From: Anthoceros angustus
Taxonomy: Eukaryota; Plantae; Anthocerotophyta
Direction: 5' to 3'
Length of the DNA: 64,000 nucleotides
Assembly: GCA_010909165.1 (NCBI GenBank)
Contig: VJWM01000068.1
Location: forward strand, 1,488,001 to 1,552,000
Shown: positions 11,658 through 24,171 of the stretch, piece after piece
Layout: every line of letters begins with the position of its first letter
Position numbering within the stretch: position 1 is the stretch's first letter
Translations under genes and position numbers: made by a program
The notes under the pieces: model-generated
The model's input: only the letters and a program-made list of their open reading frames with translations
The model's database searches: none
What the model was told of the DNA's origin: nothing

Positions 11658-12369
11658 TGTCGTTGCAATATGGGGTCCATTCCCAAGGGAATGTCTCGTT
11701 CCGTTTACACATGTCCGTGGCTCGACTCACCCTCCGTCATCGGGGGAGATGGCCTACCTAAGGCCGCTTACCGCAACGCGGGCGTTTTCTGTCTCCTAAT
11801 TACTCTACTCGTTCACCATATAGGCCCGGAGTGGCCAAACGTTTAAGGACTCGATTACGTCCGTAACCTACCGATCTGTCTTACTCCCTCCCCTACCTCG
11901 TTTCATCTAACGTTCTTACTTACACCCAATATCCCAGTTGATGATCACGGTCAGGCATGTGTGGGCTACGGACCTCCGCGTTCGTTCACCAGGTCTCTCT
12001 GTCCGGGCTCTGCGCCCTGCCGGAGTGCAACTAATCACGCCCGCTCCGGTCCGTCGGCTGTCGGACCTCTGCCCGAGAGGAGCAGGGGTCCAGGGTTCTG
12101 CGCACCTATACACACACACCACCACGCGTTAGGGTCCGTCACCAGGACCTGGATCAGTCTCTCCGGAGAAGTCTTGCCCGCTCAGTGACTCGGGCTCGCA
12201 TTAACAAGGGACACACAAGGGTCGACAAAGATAACGCGGTATCAACCCCAAAAGAAAGATCGCTTTACTGGAGTGGCAGCCGCCCTCTTATACTATGTCT
12301 TGAGGGAGCGCCTTTATTACACCCCTATTCTGAGCTGATGTCCAGCTCACTATGCCCTAGCACGTGACC
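11658..12369 (-). mobile_element. 3' LTR of a Ty3/gypsy-like element (~710 bp)
   Basis: On the minus strand a purine tract AGGGAAGAGAGAG (12370-12382) is followed by (G)GTCACGTG...TATAAGAGGG...GCAACGACA. The CA end is at 11658. Confidence 0.65.
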
Positions 12370-12745
12370 CTCTCTCTTCCCTATTTTTCCTACCTCGTCT
12401 CTGACGGTGAAATGGTTCACCGAGATTCCTTCACAGCGGCGGCCAATCCCGGCTACGGCATCTGCAGGCGCACCCAATCGGATGATCCGCGACCCCCGGA
12501 ACCCCGCGGAGGCTCTTCCTCTGCCTCGAACTCTGTCAGGTTGCGCCGCTAGAGGCGGACTGACAACCGCAGTGATCACCAAGTCTTCCTCCTTGCTGTC
12601 CATTGGCGCGCTGGTGGGTCCCTGCCCTGCGGGTCCGTCCGGAGCCCGTTCTTCCTGGGTGGGTTGAGACTAACTCTCATCCACCCCTTCCCCCACTGCC
12701 CGGTTTAGAGCTACGGGACTCCCTTCTCCCTCCTGAGTCCGGGCC

Positions 12746-13915
12746 TCAGGGTCCGTCCTCACTTCCGGAGTCCGTCCTTTCTGATCCCCAGACGCCCAAG
12801 TCCGGGGCTTTTCCCCAGGGTCCATCCTCACCCATCGGACCTCCTTCCCTCTGTACGGGGTCCCCCGCCCCTTGGACTTTGCCTCTCGTGGTCTGCTCCG
12901 GGGCTCTCTCTCCTTCTCCTGACATTGGGTGCGACGGACTTACCTCTGGCCTTGTTGTCTCCGCTGCATCCCTCTCCTCCGGTTGCTCTCCCTCCCCACT
13001 GCTGCTCTCGTTCTCGAACAGGGCTCCCAGGGCCCCTGTGGCCGTGCTATCTCCCAGGCCTTCGTCCCTCCAGACCCCCTCCGACTCCTCTGGCGGACCT
13101 TCGATTTGGGCCGCGTGGGGTGCTGCTTCCACTGCCTTCAGGAGCTCCGCGTGATAGTACGCGAAGTCGGAGTCAACCTGCTGGATCGCCTCCTCCACAT
13201 GGGCGCAAAGCACTCGATATTCTCGCCTCCATAGGTTTTCCGGCAGCTGGGCGTGCCTGGTTGCCTGTTGTGTTGTTCCCGTCGCGAGATCATCCAGTTG
13301 AGACCTGGCCGAGTCCCTTGAGACCACTAAGGCGGCCTCTGCCACTTCCTGGAGCCGTTGCGCTCCTTAACGCGCTCCCCCTCTCGCTGCTTTCGCAGCT
13401 CGGCTAACTTGCTGGCCATGGACCGGCGTTCCCCTTCCACTTTTCGCAAGCGGACCAGCAACTTCTGCTCTTCCTTTAGAGCTCTCTCTTGCCCTGCGCC
13501 TGGTGTCCTCCAACTCCCTCTCCAACTCGGCGACGTCCTGCTCCTTGCTGCGCCGGCGTCCCTCCTCCACCCTCAAGCAAACTGGAGACGTTCTATCTCG
13601 CGCTCATGATCTCCTATTCTCCCTTGAAGGAGTCCATTCCTTTCTTCCACTACTCGGAGTCGCAGCTCCAGAGTCTCCTTCTGGCCTTCTAACTCTTGGC
13701 GCCGTTCTTCCAAGTCTTGCAGCTGTACCCGGAGGTCCCCCAGCTCCCGGGTATTGGCTTCCATCTCCTCCTCGCGGATCACCCTAACTTGCTCTGCGGC
13801 TGCCTGCTCCACCTTCAGGCTTGCCATGGCCGCTCCTGCCGCTTCCCTCCACCGATTCCTATCCCGACGGTAGTGGTCCCTATCCGTCTTGGCAGAGGCC
13901 TCCGCCTCTCGTTAT
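12746..13915 (-). pseudogene. Frameshifted coiled-coil + acidic/Gly-Pro accessory ORF upstream of the PPT (env-like position)
   Basis: ORFs 13573-13827, 13367-13576 and 12746-13345 can be joined across about three single-base shifts into one E/R/L heptad-rich protein (LRVQLQDLEERRQELEGQKETLELRL...LKEEQKLLVRLRKVEGERRSMASKLAEL...AEAALVVSRDSARSQLDDL). Confidence 0.65.
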
Positions 13916-14347
13916 AGGTATTACAATAATGACATCAAAAAATATGTATATGAAAGCAAAGGCATATTATATACGTATAATCTGGTACACGTATTACAAT
14001 AATGGCACGGGAGAGATACCGGAGTAAAAGCAACAATGGTAAACCTACATGGGGAGGAGGATCGGTACCAAGCCTGCAAAACTGTAACAAGAGAGGATGT
14101 AACACTTTGGTTGTTGTAATTATGTTGAAATTTAGAGAGGGGACAGATACCACCTCTCACTACATTGCAACAAAATTGCAACAAAGGCATCTGTTCTGTA
14201 ACAAGATGGAGGGTTGGTTTCCAAACCTGAGTGTAACAAGGGGCCCCAAAAGTGTAACAAGACCCCAAGATCTTAACATATTTGCAACAAGGGGGGGGGT
14301 TCAAATCTTAAAAAAAAGTGTAACATGGCTGCCCTTTTCTAGTAGGG
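13916..14347. mobile_element. Right terminus of a CACTA (En/Spm) DNA transposon with subterminal repeats
   Basis: TTTTCTAGTAGGG at 14335-14347 has one mismatch to the reverse complement of CACTACTAGAAAA. About eight TG(T/C)AACA(A)-type motifs lie at 14083-14326. It abuts and truncates the copia RT at 14348. Confidence 0.7.
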
Positions 14348-15009
14348 TGAGACCTGATATTTCAAATACTGTAAATGCTATTGCTCAGTTCGCATAGAAT
14401 CCAAGAAAGGATCATTGGGTTACTCTCAAGCGTATCATGTGGTACCTCAAGGGTACTCCAAATTATGGCCTCTGCTTCAAGCCTAGCCGAAAGAAGCATT
14501 TGGTACTGACATGCTTTGTCGATGCAGATTGGGCTTCAGACGCTGACACCCGAAAGAGTATCTCAGCATATTGCTTTCTAGTTTTTTCCATTGTTGTTAA
14601 GTGGTCTTGTAGACAACAAGCCGTTATATCGCTTTCGTCAACAGAATCGAAGTATAAAGCACTTACTGAAGCCACGAAAGAGGCTGAATGGGAAAGAAAG
14701 CTAAGTGAAGATTTAGGTATGAAGCAGGCAGGGCCAATAGTGCTTAATTGTGACAATATGTCAGCCATTTCCCTTGTTGCTAATCCTGTCTTTCATGCGC
14801 GCACGAAGCATATTGAGATTCAACATCTTTATATTCGTGACGCTGCTGAGAGAGAAATTGTTAAGGTACAATATGTACCTACAGACGACAATACAGAAGA
14901 TATACTCACAAAATCCTTGCCAAAGTTCAAACACTGCTTCCATAGAGAAGGGCTTAGATTGGTTGACTGTAGCAGCTTTATGAAGCTGGACAAGTCACAT
15001 ATTTGGTGA
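14348..15009 (+). mobile_element. Ty1/copia RT C-terminus + RNase H fragment
   Basis: RPDISNTVNAIAQFA*NPRKDHWVTLKRIMWYLKGT...FVDADWASDADTRKSIS...SSTESKY...CDNMSAISLVANPVFHARTKHIEIQHLYIRD...DILTKSL. Confidence 0.92.
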
Positions 15010-15193
15010 GGCTTATCATTCAACCGGACTTTCAGTTTCTTGAAGTTGATAGTTGTTGCAGATCGCTTGATTCAACCTTACTTTCGACCGGTGACCATCA
15101 GTGAGTTGAGTTTAGTTGAAGACCGTCGCACTCATACAACGCTCTAGCAACAAGTGATTCTTAGTTCTTAGAATTAGATTACGCAACTAGTAT

Positions 15194-15509
15194 GAGAGGG
15201 AGAATATTAGGGAACAGACGCACGGAGGGGCGTCACGGCCTAGAACGGTCTCGGCGTTCTGGATGAGCGTGGCGCCCCTCCGTCCATCAGCGTGGGAGGC
15301 GGTCGAGTGCAGGGGCGAGATGCGGTGGCTGCTTGAGACCGAGGCGGGGGCGGGGTGCACTGGCTCGATCGGGGTTGTTGCTTTCGATGTACCCGACTTA
15401 TAGTTCTTTTTCTCTTGCTAGGATAAAAAAGACCGGTCTTTTTACTTCCGGGCTTTTACCTTCTTAGTAAAGAGTTCTATCTCGGAGATTACTGTATCGA
15501 GACACAACA
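15194..15509 (+). mobile_element. PPT and probable 3' LTR of the copia fragment
   Basis: GAGAGGGAGAA (15194-15204), then TATTAGGG...GACACAACA (15205-15509). Confidence 0.55.
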
Positions 15510-15624
15510 TCCAAAGCCACAGACTTCTTACGATATTCCTGGGATGGCAGGCGACACTTCGTGACGGGAATATGGTAATTTAAGAGATTTTCTAAATTTT
15601 GTTTGCACTCGATAGATGCAGGAT

Positions 15625-15869
15625 CACTACTAGAAAACACCACCCTTTTATAACGGTAGCGTTGTGACGCACCGATTGGTCATCATTATCACGTCAAAAT
15701 GTAATAACACTGGCCGGGGGAAATGACATTCACATGCTATTTGGCGATTATGTTAATCGGGTCGGAATGATGCACCCACCTGAACGTCATTCTCTCTATG
15801 CCTGAATCGTAGCTGACCGTGAGGCGCCGGTTTCCATCGGTTTAGGGTGGTGTTTAATGGTTTGCGCAC
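15625..15869. mobile_element. Left terminus of a second CACTA element
   Basis: Perfect CACTACTAGAAAA at 15625 followed by TGACG/CGTCA-type subterminal motifs. The preceding 3 bp GAT is the candidate TSD. No matching right end was found in the window. Confidence 0.85.
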
Positions 15870-16898
15870 TGTGGTAGGGAAAACCCCGGGGCTTCCAAGA
15901 TCCTCCCACTATAGCGGCCACACTTATCCCACTGTCGCTTCGTACGTTGGGTTTCGTCCCATGAGACTTGTGTGAAAGTTCGAGGCCTTGCGATGACGAT
16001 CGCTACTGCGGACACAACTTCTCGACCTTCTAAACAAGCAAGGCGCCCTCTACTCTCCCTCTTACAGTGCACCACTTGCCTTTGCTCGAAAAATCACCAA
16101 TCCTCGACCTACAGCGACACACAATTGCGAGGTCCACCTTAGCGAGGAGCCTATCACGGGCGCCGGGGACCCCAGTCAGCGATTTCGTCCCTACTTCTAA
16201 GACCACTCTTCTCCACTCAGGGAGCGCTCTTTTACTTGCAGATTTGGGATTCGTCCCTTAGGCTCTGCCTGTGGCCTTCCACTAACACCTACACTCTAAT
16301 CCTCTACTCATCTCCTCATCCTCTTCCTCCTATTCTAACCTCAGTTCGGGCTTACTGGCTTTGACTCGCCCTTACGGCACAACTGCCTGGGGTCGGCCTC
16401 CACCAGCAAGTTCTTCCTTGGGCCGGTTGCTATGAGTTTGACACCAGACAGCGAGAACCTCCGAGTCTTTCCTGTAGTCTACCCTCAAGCCGAGTTCCAC
16501 AGGCATTGCCACACACCCAAAGCAAAGCAATTTCACAGCAACCATTCACAAGGGAGCAACTCGTTTAGGCACTTGCAGCAAGTCCTCCACCAAGCACTCC
16601 GACCACCGCGACTTCCTCTCTACAGACTGCGTTGGCTCACAGCCGAAATTCCTCTGTAATGGCAAAGGACTCGATGAGGTGGGGCATGACGTGATACTTT
16701 ACTTTGTGAAATCCTCCTCCTCTTATAGGAGGCCTTCCACATACAACCTCCCTTAGGTGACCCTCTGCGGTCACCTTTTCCAATATTCTATTATTTCCTA
16801 CACTTGACATTTAAGGCGGCACCTAAATCTATTATCGATCCTTGGTAAATTCTATTCTAGTAACTTCACCTAAGATCATCCTTAAAGGATGTCTTACA
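15870..16898 (-). mobile_element. 3' LTR of a Ty3/gypsy-like element (~1.03 kb)
   Basis: On the minus strand the purine-rich AGAAGAATAGAAAGGATAGTGA precedes TGTAAGACATCC...CCTATAAGAGG...TTTTCCCTACCACA. A homologous copy lies at 63141-64000. Confidence 0.65.
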
Positions 16899-19800
16899 TC
16901 ACTATCCTTTCTATTCTTCTATCTAGCATTTATGGTCTTTGACCATTCTAGTCTTCTCTGGTGGGGCAGCGTCCTTGTGGATTGGCTCCCTCGCCCTCCT
17001 TTTGCTCTTGCCCTTCCCGGATCTTGTCATCTTCCTAATGTGTGGGGCAAGTACAATCTGCCCCTTCCTCCATCTCCGGGCGGCGCCCACATTCCTTTTC
17101 TTCCGGCAATCGCGCCCCTTGGCACCTGCGCCCTTTCTCCAGCCTCCTGGCGCGTCATCGGCACCCTACGCGGTAGTGGCGGACTACGGGTGGTGACTTC
17201 TACCATGGTAGTCGACCCTTTTCCTTCTTTCTCCGCCGGTGAGGACTTGGTCAAGATCTCCATTGCTCTTTGCCTTCTTTGATTTGTCCATACCTATCAT
17301 AGAGCATCTTCAAAGAGTCTTCATCCCCATTGTCACCATGATCTCTCTAATCCCGGGCCTTTTCGTTGGGCTCCTCTCGCCGGCCCTTCCCTTGCTCGTG
17401 GGGTGAGGAACTTCTCACCCTCCTTCTTCCTTCGGGTGGATCCGTCTCTCCTCCGGTGGGGTTGTCTCCCACCTCCTCTTATTCTGCGGGGGTGTACTAG
17501 GACCCCGGCTCCTTCCACAGTCGGCCTCGCGGCGACTCCCGGCTCAAGCGCGCTCGCGGTGCTTGCCCTACCGTCTGGCGGACTACCGGCGTGTGTTGTC
17601 TACCACGGTAGTGGCGGACTACCGTGGTGGTGACCACCGTGGTAGGGTGACCCCAGTGGGTCCCCCTCCTTGCTCTCGCCATCTTCCTCCTTGGCGCGGC
17701 TCTCCTCACCTCGACTCCTCAGTTCCTCGGAGTCCATTTTGATAGCCTCATCAAAATCGAGGCCTCTGGGTGCACTTCTTGCGGCTCCTTCTGTCATCAT
17801 CATGAGGACCCAATGTCCTCCTCTTGGCCAAGCGTAAGACATTGTTGGCCTTCAAAATCTATTGTGGAGGTGAGCCCCAAGCTATGATATTGCATTTGGA
17901 GATCATCAATCTCAGTGGGCCACTCTCCATCTTCACACCTACCTTGTAGGCGTCCCTTGAGGTGGTCAATTCTCCCACCTTGACATGGAGGTTACATTCT
18001 CCTCCTTGCTTCCTTTGGTTGGCCAATTTGCTGAAGGGCATAATCCAAAATCTCCTTCCTCACCACCGGCATCCTGTACCACCTTCTTGTGGTGCTCCTC
18101 CTCTGGAACCTCCTTTGTTCCTCGCCATTGCTTGGCAAGTCTCTCCTTCTCCTCACTTGCACCCTCTCGCGCTCCTCTTGCTGATCTTGAGCTTCCTTCG
18201 CTTCTCTTCCAAATTAGCGGGTCCTTCGCAATTCCTCTTCCATGTCCGGATCTTGATGGCTTGGGTAGCCATCACTGCTTTCTTGCGTCCACTTGTTGGA
18301 CGCCACCTTCTCCTTCCTAGAGCCTCCTTTTGCCCTTCGCTCTTGCTCTAATTGGGCAAAATGCTCCTCCATATACATCTCCATGAATCCCGTTGGGTTG
18401 TTGCCGAATGGCTCTCTCTTGATGTGACAACCTTCCCTTCCAGGACCTTCTCCGCTCTTGTTGGTCCACAAGATCCTGGAGCTTCTCTGACCTTCTCAAC
18501 TTGGCTGCCTTCTCGTCGGACTCCATGGCCTCCAGCTGCCATTTGGTCCCTGCTTTCCTCCCAGCCACGTCTTGGGCCTTGACTTCCTCCTGACTAGCCC
18601 ACAAGGAGGCTGCTAGCTCGCTAGCCCCCTTCAAATCCACACGGTTGAGTGCCTCACAAGCACTCAGCAATTCTCCTAGGGGTCCTAATTCCACCCCTGC
18701 TGCCCTCTTGCTGGAAATCTCCAGCTCTCCTGCCTTCCTCGGACCATCGTGTGGGTCCTCTCATAGACCACCATCGGCCTTCCTCCAGCGGTGGCGGCCT
18801 CGGCGCCGCGGCGCCTCATGTGCTCTCTCCTTCCCTTCCCTACCGTGGTGGTGCTCCCCTACCGTGGGGTGCACCAGCGTGGTGCTCCCCTGTGATGCCT
18901 ACCTACCATGGTGGGCTGCCTGCAGTGGTGCCCACCCTTGGGTGTGCCTCCTCTGGTGAGGGGTGGGGTGCCTCTCCTAGGCACAATGAGATGGTGGGGA
19001 CTCCCCACCCTTGGGTATCACCCCTCTGTGGTAGTCCTCCTCTCATAGACTACCATTCGGCCTTCCTCGGCGGTTCTTGTTCTCCTCTTGCTCTGTGGGG
19101 AAAAGATTCCCACTCGGCAACCTTGTTGCCTCCTCTCCTCTTGCCTAGCATGCTTGTGGAGTCGACCTCCCCTTGTCTTCCTCAATGCAAAGGCAAGGCC
19201 TTTCCAAGCTTGGAGATGAATTATCTCAAGGATGCCAAGCATCTTCCAACTCCTTGCTTGTGAGAAGTCCCTCGGTTTCCCACAAATGCACCAAATAGGT
19301 GCTAAGGTAGCAGCCTTGGCCCTTCCTCATCCACGAATTTGGCTTGAGGAGCTTCTCGGTGGTGGATGTAGGCCTCATACATGATTGCCCCAATCGGCTC
19401 CTCTGAAATCTTCCACAAAATTGGAGGAAGTTGGTCTTTGAAATAAGAGTCGTTGGTAATTACCAACAACACAATCTTTGCAAAGAGCCTCCACTTGACT
19501 CCTTGATGCTCTCTTCCAGCCATTCTTGGCATGGGCCTTCACTCCTCCATCCATCATGTCGAGGACTCTGCGGAATTTCGGAGGGCAATCCTCTTCCCTC
19601 CATTTGTCCTTTCGAGGAGAGCAATTCGAGCTCTCCTCCTCCGGTCTCCATACACTGTGAATGCTCCTTACGGTCCGGCGAGGATCCGTTCGAGCATTCC
19701 TTTCCTGGCGGCAAGGCGCCTCGATTGATGGAGTTGATGAACACTCCTCAATCAATTCCAAATTGGTGTAGGCCCATTGGCGGCCATACACCCATCCCAA

Positions 19801-22800
19801 TTGGATGTTCTCCTCCTCGCCCATTGCGAAAATCAACCAAATCTCGGGGTTAAGCTGCCCAAAGCAAGTGAATTGGGGCATTACAAGCTCGCCTCCACGG
19901 GCGCGACCTCTGCCTTTTCCTTTCCTCCTCGCGAGGAGCCCTTGCCGGTGGCTCCTTCCCTTGCCTTTCCACCTCGAGGCATGGTGCTTCCTCTCCAAGT
20001 GCTTCAAGGAGAATTACTCCCCAATTGGTTGTGCTCCAAGCTTCACTTCCAAACACTCCTTCTTGTCCTTTGGCGGCAACACCCAACTGAGGCACAAGCA
20101 CCGTTAGCCTGTCTTGAGCTTTCCTCGGCGCTTCTCTTCCAAATTGAGGGTCCTTCTCAATTCCTCTTCCATGTCCGGATCTTGATGGCTTGGGTAGCCA
20201 TCACTTTCCGTCCATTGTTGGACGCTTCTCCTTTAGAGCCTCTTTTGCCCTTCGCTCTTGCTCTAATTGGGCAAAATGCTCCTCCATATACTGCCTCCAT
20301 GAATCCCGTTGGGTGTTGCCGAATGGCTCTCTCTTGATGAGCGACAACCTCCCTTCGGACCTTCTCCGCTCCGTTGGTCCACAGATCCTGGAGCTTCTCT
20401 GACCTTTCCAACTTGGCTGCCTTCTCGTCGGACTCCATGGCCTCCAATTGCCACTTGGTCCTGCTTCCTCGGCCATGTCTTGGGCTTTGACTTCCTCTTG
20501 GCATGCCCACAAGGAGGCTGCTAGCTCTAGCCCCTTCAAATCCACACGGTGAGTGCTCACAAGCACTCGGCAATTCTCCTAGGGGTCCTAATTCCACCCC
20601 TCCTTCTTCTTTGGAAATCTCCAGCTCCTTCTCCTCCTCGGACCATCGTGGGGGTGGTCCTCATTCATCCGCCCTTCCTCCAGCGGGTGGCGGCCTCGGC
20701 GCGCCGCGGCGCCTCGCGCTTCTCCTTCCCTTCCCTACGCCGTGGCTGCCTGGCGTGGTGCTCTGCGTGGTGCTCCCCTACCGCGGTGATGCCTACCTAG
20801 TGGTTGGCCCCGGATCGCCACCCCCCTTGGGTGTGCCTCCCCTAGGGTAGGCTGTGAGTGCCTCTCCTAGGCACAAATGAGATGGTGGGGACTCCCCACC
20901 CTTGGGGCATCACCCCTCTGTGGTAGTCCTCCTCATAGACCACCATCGGCCTTCGGCGGTTCTTGTTCTTCTCCTCTCCGCTCTGTGGGGAAAAGATTCC
21001 CACTCCGGCAACCTTGTTGCCTCCATCTTCCTCTTGCCCGCATGCTTGTGGAGGTCGACCTCCGTCTTCCTCAATGCAAAGGCAAGGCCTTTCCAAGCTT
21101 GGAGATGGATTATCTCGAAGGATGCCAAGCATCTTCCAACTCCTTGCTTGTGAGAAGTCCCTCGGTTTCCCACAAATGCACCAAATAGGTGCTAAGGTAG
21201 CAGCCTTGGCCCTTCCTCATCCACGAATTTGGCTTGAGGAGCTTCTCGGTGGTGGATGTAGGCCTCATACATGATTGCCCCAATCGGCTCCTCTGAAATC
21301 TTCCACAAAATTGGAGGAAGTTGGTCTTTGAAATAAGAGTCGTTGGTAATTACCAACAACACAATCTTTGCAAAGAGCCTCCACTTGACTCCTTGATGCT
21401 CTCTTCCAGCCATTCTTGGCATGGGCCTTCACTCCTCCATCCATCATGTCGAGGACTCTGCGGAATTTCGGAGGGCAATCCTCTTCCCTCCATTTGTCCT
21501 TTCGAGGAGAGCAATTCGAGCTCTCCTCCTCCGGTCTCCATACACTGTGAATGCTCCTTACGGTCCGGCGAGGATCCGTTCGAGCATTCCTTTCCTGGCG
21601 GCAAGGCGCCTCGATTGATGGAGTTGATGAACACTCCTCAATCAATTCCAAATTGGTGTAGGCCCATTGGCGGCCATACACCCATCCCAATTGGATGTTC
21701 TCCTCCTCGCCCATTGCGAAAATCAACCAAATCTCGGGGTTAAGCTGCCCAAAGCAAGTGAATTGGGGCATTACAAGCTCGCCTCCACGGGCGCGACCTC
21801 TGCCTTTTCCTTTCCTCCTCGCGAGGAGCCCTTGCCGGTGGCTCCTTCCCTTGCCTTTCCACCTCGAGGCATGGTGCTTCCTCTCCAAGTGCTTCAAACG
21901 AAGAGAATTACTCCCCAATTGGTTGTGGGCTCCAAGCTTCACTTCCAAACACTCCTTCTTGTCCTTTGGCGGCAACACCCAACCTGAGGCACATGCACAC
22001 GTTAGCCCTGTCTTGAGCCTTGGCTGTGCCATTTCCCTCTTGATTTCTCCTTCGGGGCGGCGCCCCGGCTGGTCTCTTCTCCTTCACTCTCAATCTCTTC
22101 CTCCTCTTGCCTTCCTAACAACCTCGCGCCTCGCTGGCTCCTCCAATGTGTTCTCTCCGGTTGAAGACTCCCGGTGGTGGAGCTCTTCTCCGCCTCTTCT
22201 CCTTCCCTCTTGATTTCTCCTTCCTCGGCGGTTCTTCTCCTTCCTTGCGGCGTGGCGATGGCGATGGCGGTGATGGCGGCCTTCCTCTCTTTTCTTACGC
22301 TCCAGCTCGCTCGACTCTTGCGGAATTTCGGGAGGCAATCCTCTTCCCTCCATTTGTCCTTTCGAGGAGGCAATTCGAGCTCTCCTCCTCCGGTCTCCCA
22401 CTGTCGAATGCTCCTTACGGTCCGGCGAGGATCCGTTCGAGCATTCCTTTCCTGCGGCGAGGCGCTTCGATTGATGGAGTTGATGAACACTCCTCAATCA
22501 ATTCCAAATTGGTGTAGGCCCATTGGCGGCCATACACCCATCCCAATTGGATGTTCTCTTCCTCGCCCATTGCGAAAATCAACCAAATCTCGGGGTTAGC
22601 GCAAAAAAGCAAGTGAATTGAGGCATTACAAGCTCACTCTCGGTGGCGCAGCCTCTTCCTTTTCCTTTCCTCCTCGCGAGGAGAGCCCTTGGGTGGCTCC
22701 TTCCCTTGCCTTCCTGCTCGAGGCATGGTGCCTTCCTCTCCAAGTGCTTCAAGGAAGAATTACTCCCCAATTGGTTGTGGGCTCCAAGCTTCTTCCAAAC

Positions 22801-23700
22801 ACTCCTTCTTGTCCTTTGGCGGCCACTGAGACATACACCATTAGCCTCTTGAGCCTCAGCTGCAATTTTCCCTCTTGATTTCTCCTTCGGGGCAAGGCGC
22901 GCGGCGGTGGGTATGATTCTTCCTCCTTCACTCTCAATCTCTTCCTCCTTGCGCCGCTCCCAGCGATCCCAACCTCGCGCCTCCTGCCTTTGGCAGATCC
23001 TTTTAGCACATTTAATGTGTCCTTCTCTACAGTGTTCGAAGAGCTCCTCGGTGGTCTGGAGCACTCAGTGCCTGCCGCCTCTTCTCCTTTCCCTCGCCTA
23101 GGGTTTCCTTCTTCACTCCAGCTCGCGCACAGTCGTCCTTCTGCTTGCAGCCGTTGGCGATGGCGACAACGGCGGTGATGGCGGCTTCCTCTCTTTTCTT
23201 ACGCTCCGTCTGCTCGACTCTTGGCAGTAAGTGCCTCGATTCGAAGAGAGTTGGCAGCACTTTGCCTTCTTTGGATGTGCCACACAGGCTACAACCCTAG
23301 ATTGGTTCATCATTCAAAATCCTAATTCTATCTAAACCTATTTTCCTATTTCGCCCTAATTAATTCTTTAATTACTCTATATATTTCCCTATTGGTGAGC
23401 ATATATAGTGGATATCCCCTTTATTCTAATTTCCTTTTTGGAGATTTTGTCGACCTACGGGGTGATACGCTTACTTTCGCCTTCGGCGTGGTGTGGCGAC
23501 CCTCGGTGATGCCGACCTACCTCTTGATTACGCCGCCGGGGTCGTTTTGACCCGTTCTTTTCTGGGATATCCTCTTGCCTTCCTAACAATATCCTCAACT
23601 CCGATCTCGAGAAAATTTCTGGCATGCTCCTCTTCAATCGTTCTTAGCCAAAAAATCAAACTTGTTCGTCTCCTGGCTCTTTCGGACTAGTTGCCCAAAC
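16899..23700 (-). mobile_element. Internal region of a gypsy-like element with amplified, frameshifted gag-like modules; no RT or integrase seen
   Basis: Repeated minus-strand segments MPQFTCFGQLNPEIWLIFAMGEEE and KAHA(K/Q)EWLEESIKESS/EALCKD...YQRLLFQRPTSSNFVEDF (retrotransposon gag-like), and a possible protease remnant LHVKVGELTTSRDAYKV at 17860-18040. Confidence 0.55.
18050..22830. repeat. ~1.89-kb tandem duplication plus partial further copies
   Basis: 19231-20007 is identical to 21121-21897 (offset 1890; the ORF-track translations are identical). The flanks 18060-19230 and 20120-21120 are homologous with many indels. A partial third copy lies at about 22280-22830. Confidence 0.9.
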
Positions 23701-24171
23701 TTTTGCGTTCCACACGCACCAACCCAAAGGCTATTAGAAGCTCGTGTTGGGCACCATCCATGCCCGCCCCGGTGCTTGCGATATCGGGCCCGCCTCGGTG
23801 CTAGCGATTGGGGTCGGCTGGACTCGTCCGTGGAGGTTGTTCTTTCCACCTATCCAATTGGACTACCTGTTTGGAACGCCCATCCTCCACATTTCCCGCC
23901 ACCCCAACGGGTGTCTGCGTATGTGCCAAAACCACGACGGCGTTCTTACCATGGAGGACGATGCCACATTGCGCCGCAACATCGTCTACAAGGCAGACAT
24001 GGGAGATGGCGACCTCCCCCTAGCCACGTCACCCATGTCAACCACGTCCCAGCCCATGGCCCATGGCCATGGCCCTTTTCTGTGTGGATATCGGTATACG
24101 TAATGGATATCGATTTCGAGGGCCAAGGACAAATGCAGAACGGCCTTGCTATAAAACATTGGTTGCCTCCT

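Noticed and set aside
23270-23300. Possible PBS (TGGCACATCC on minus) and 5' LTR of the 15870 gypsy element
   Set aside because: The adjacent sequence does not match the 15870-16898 LTR and I cannot match it to a tRNA 3' end.
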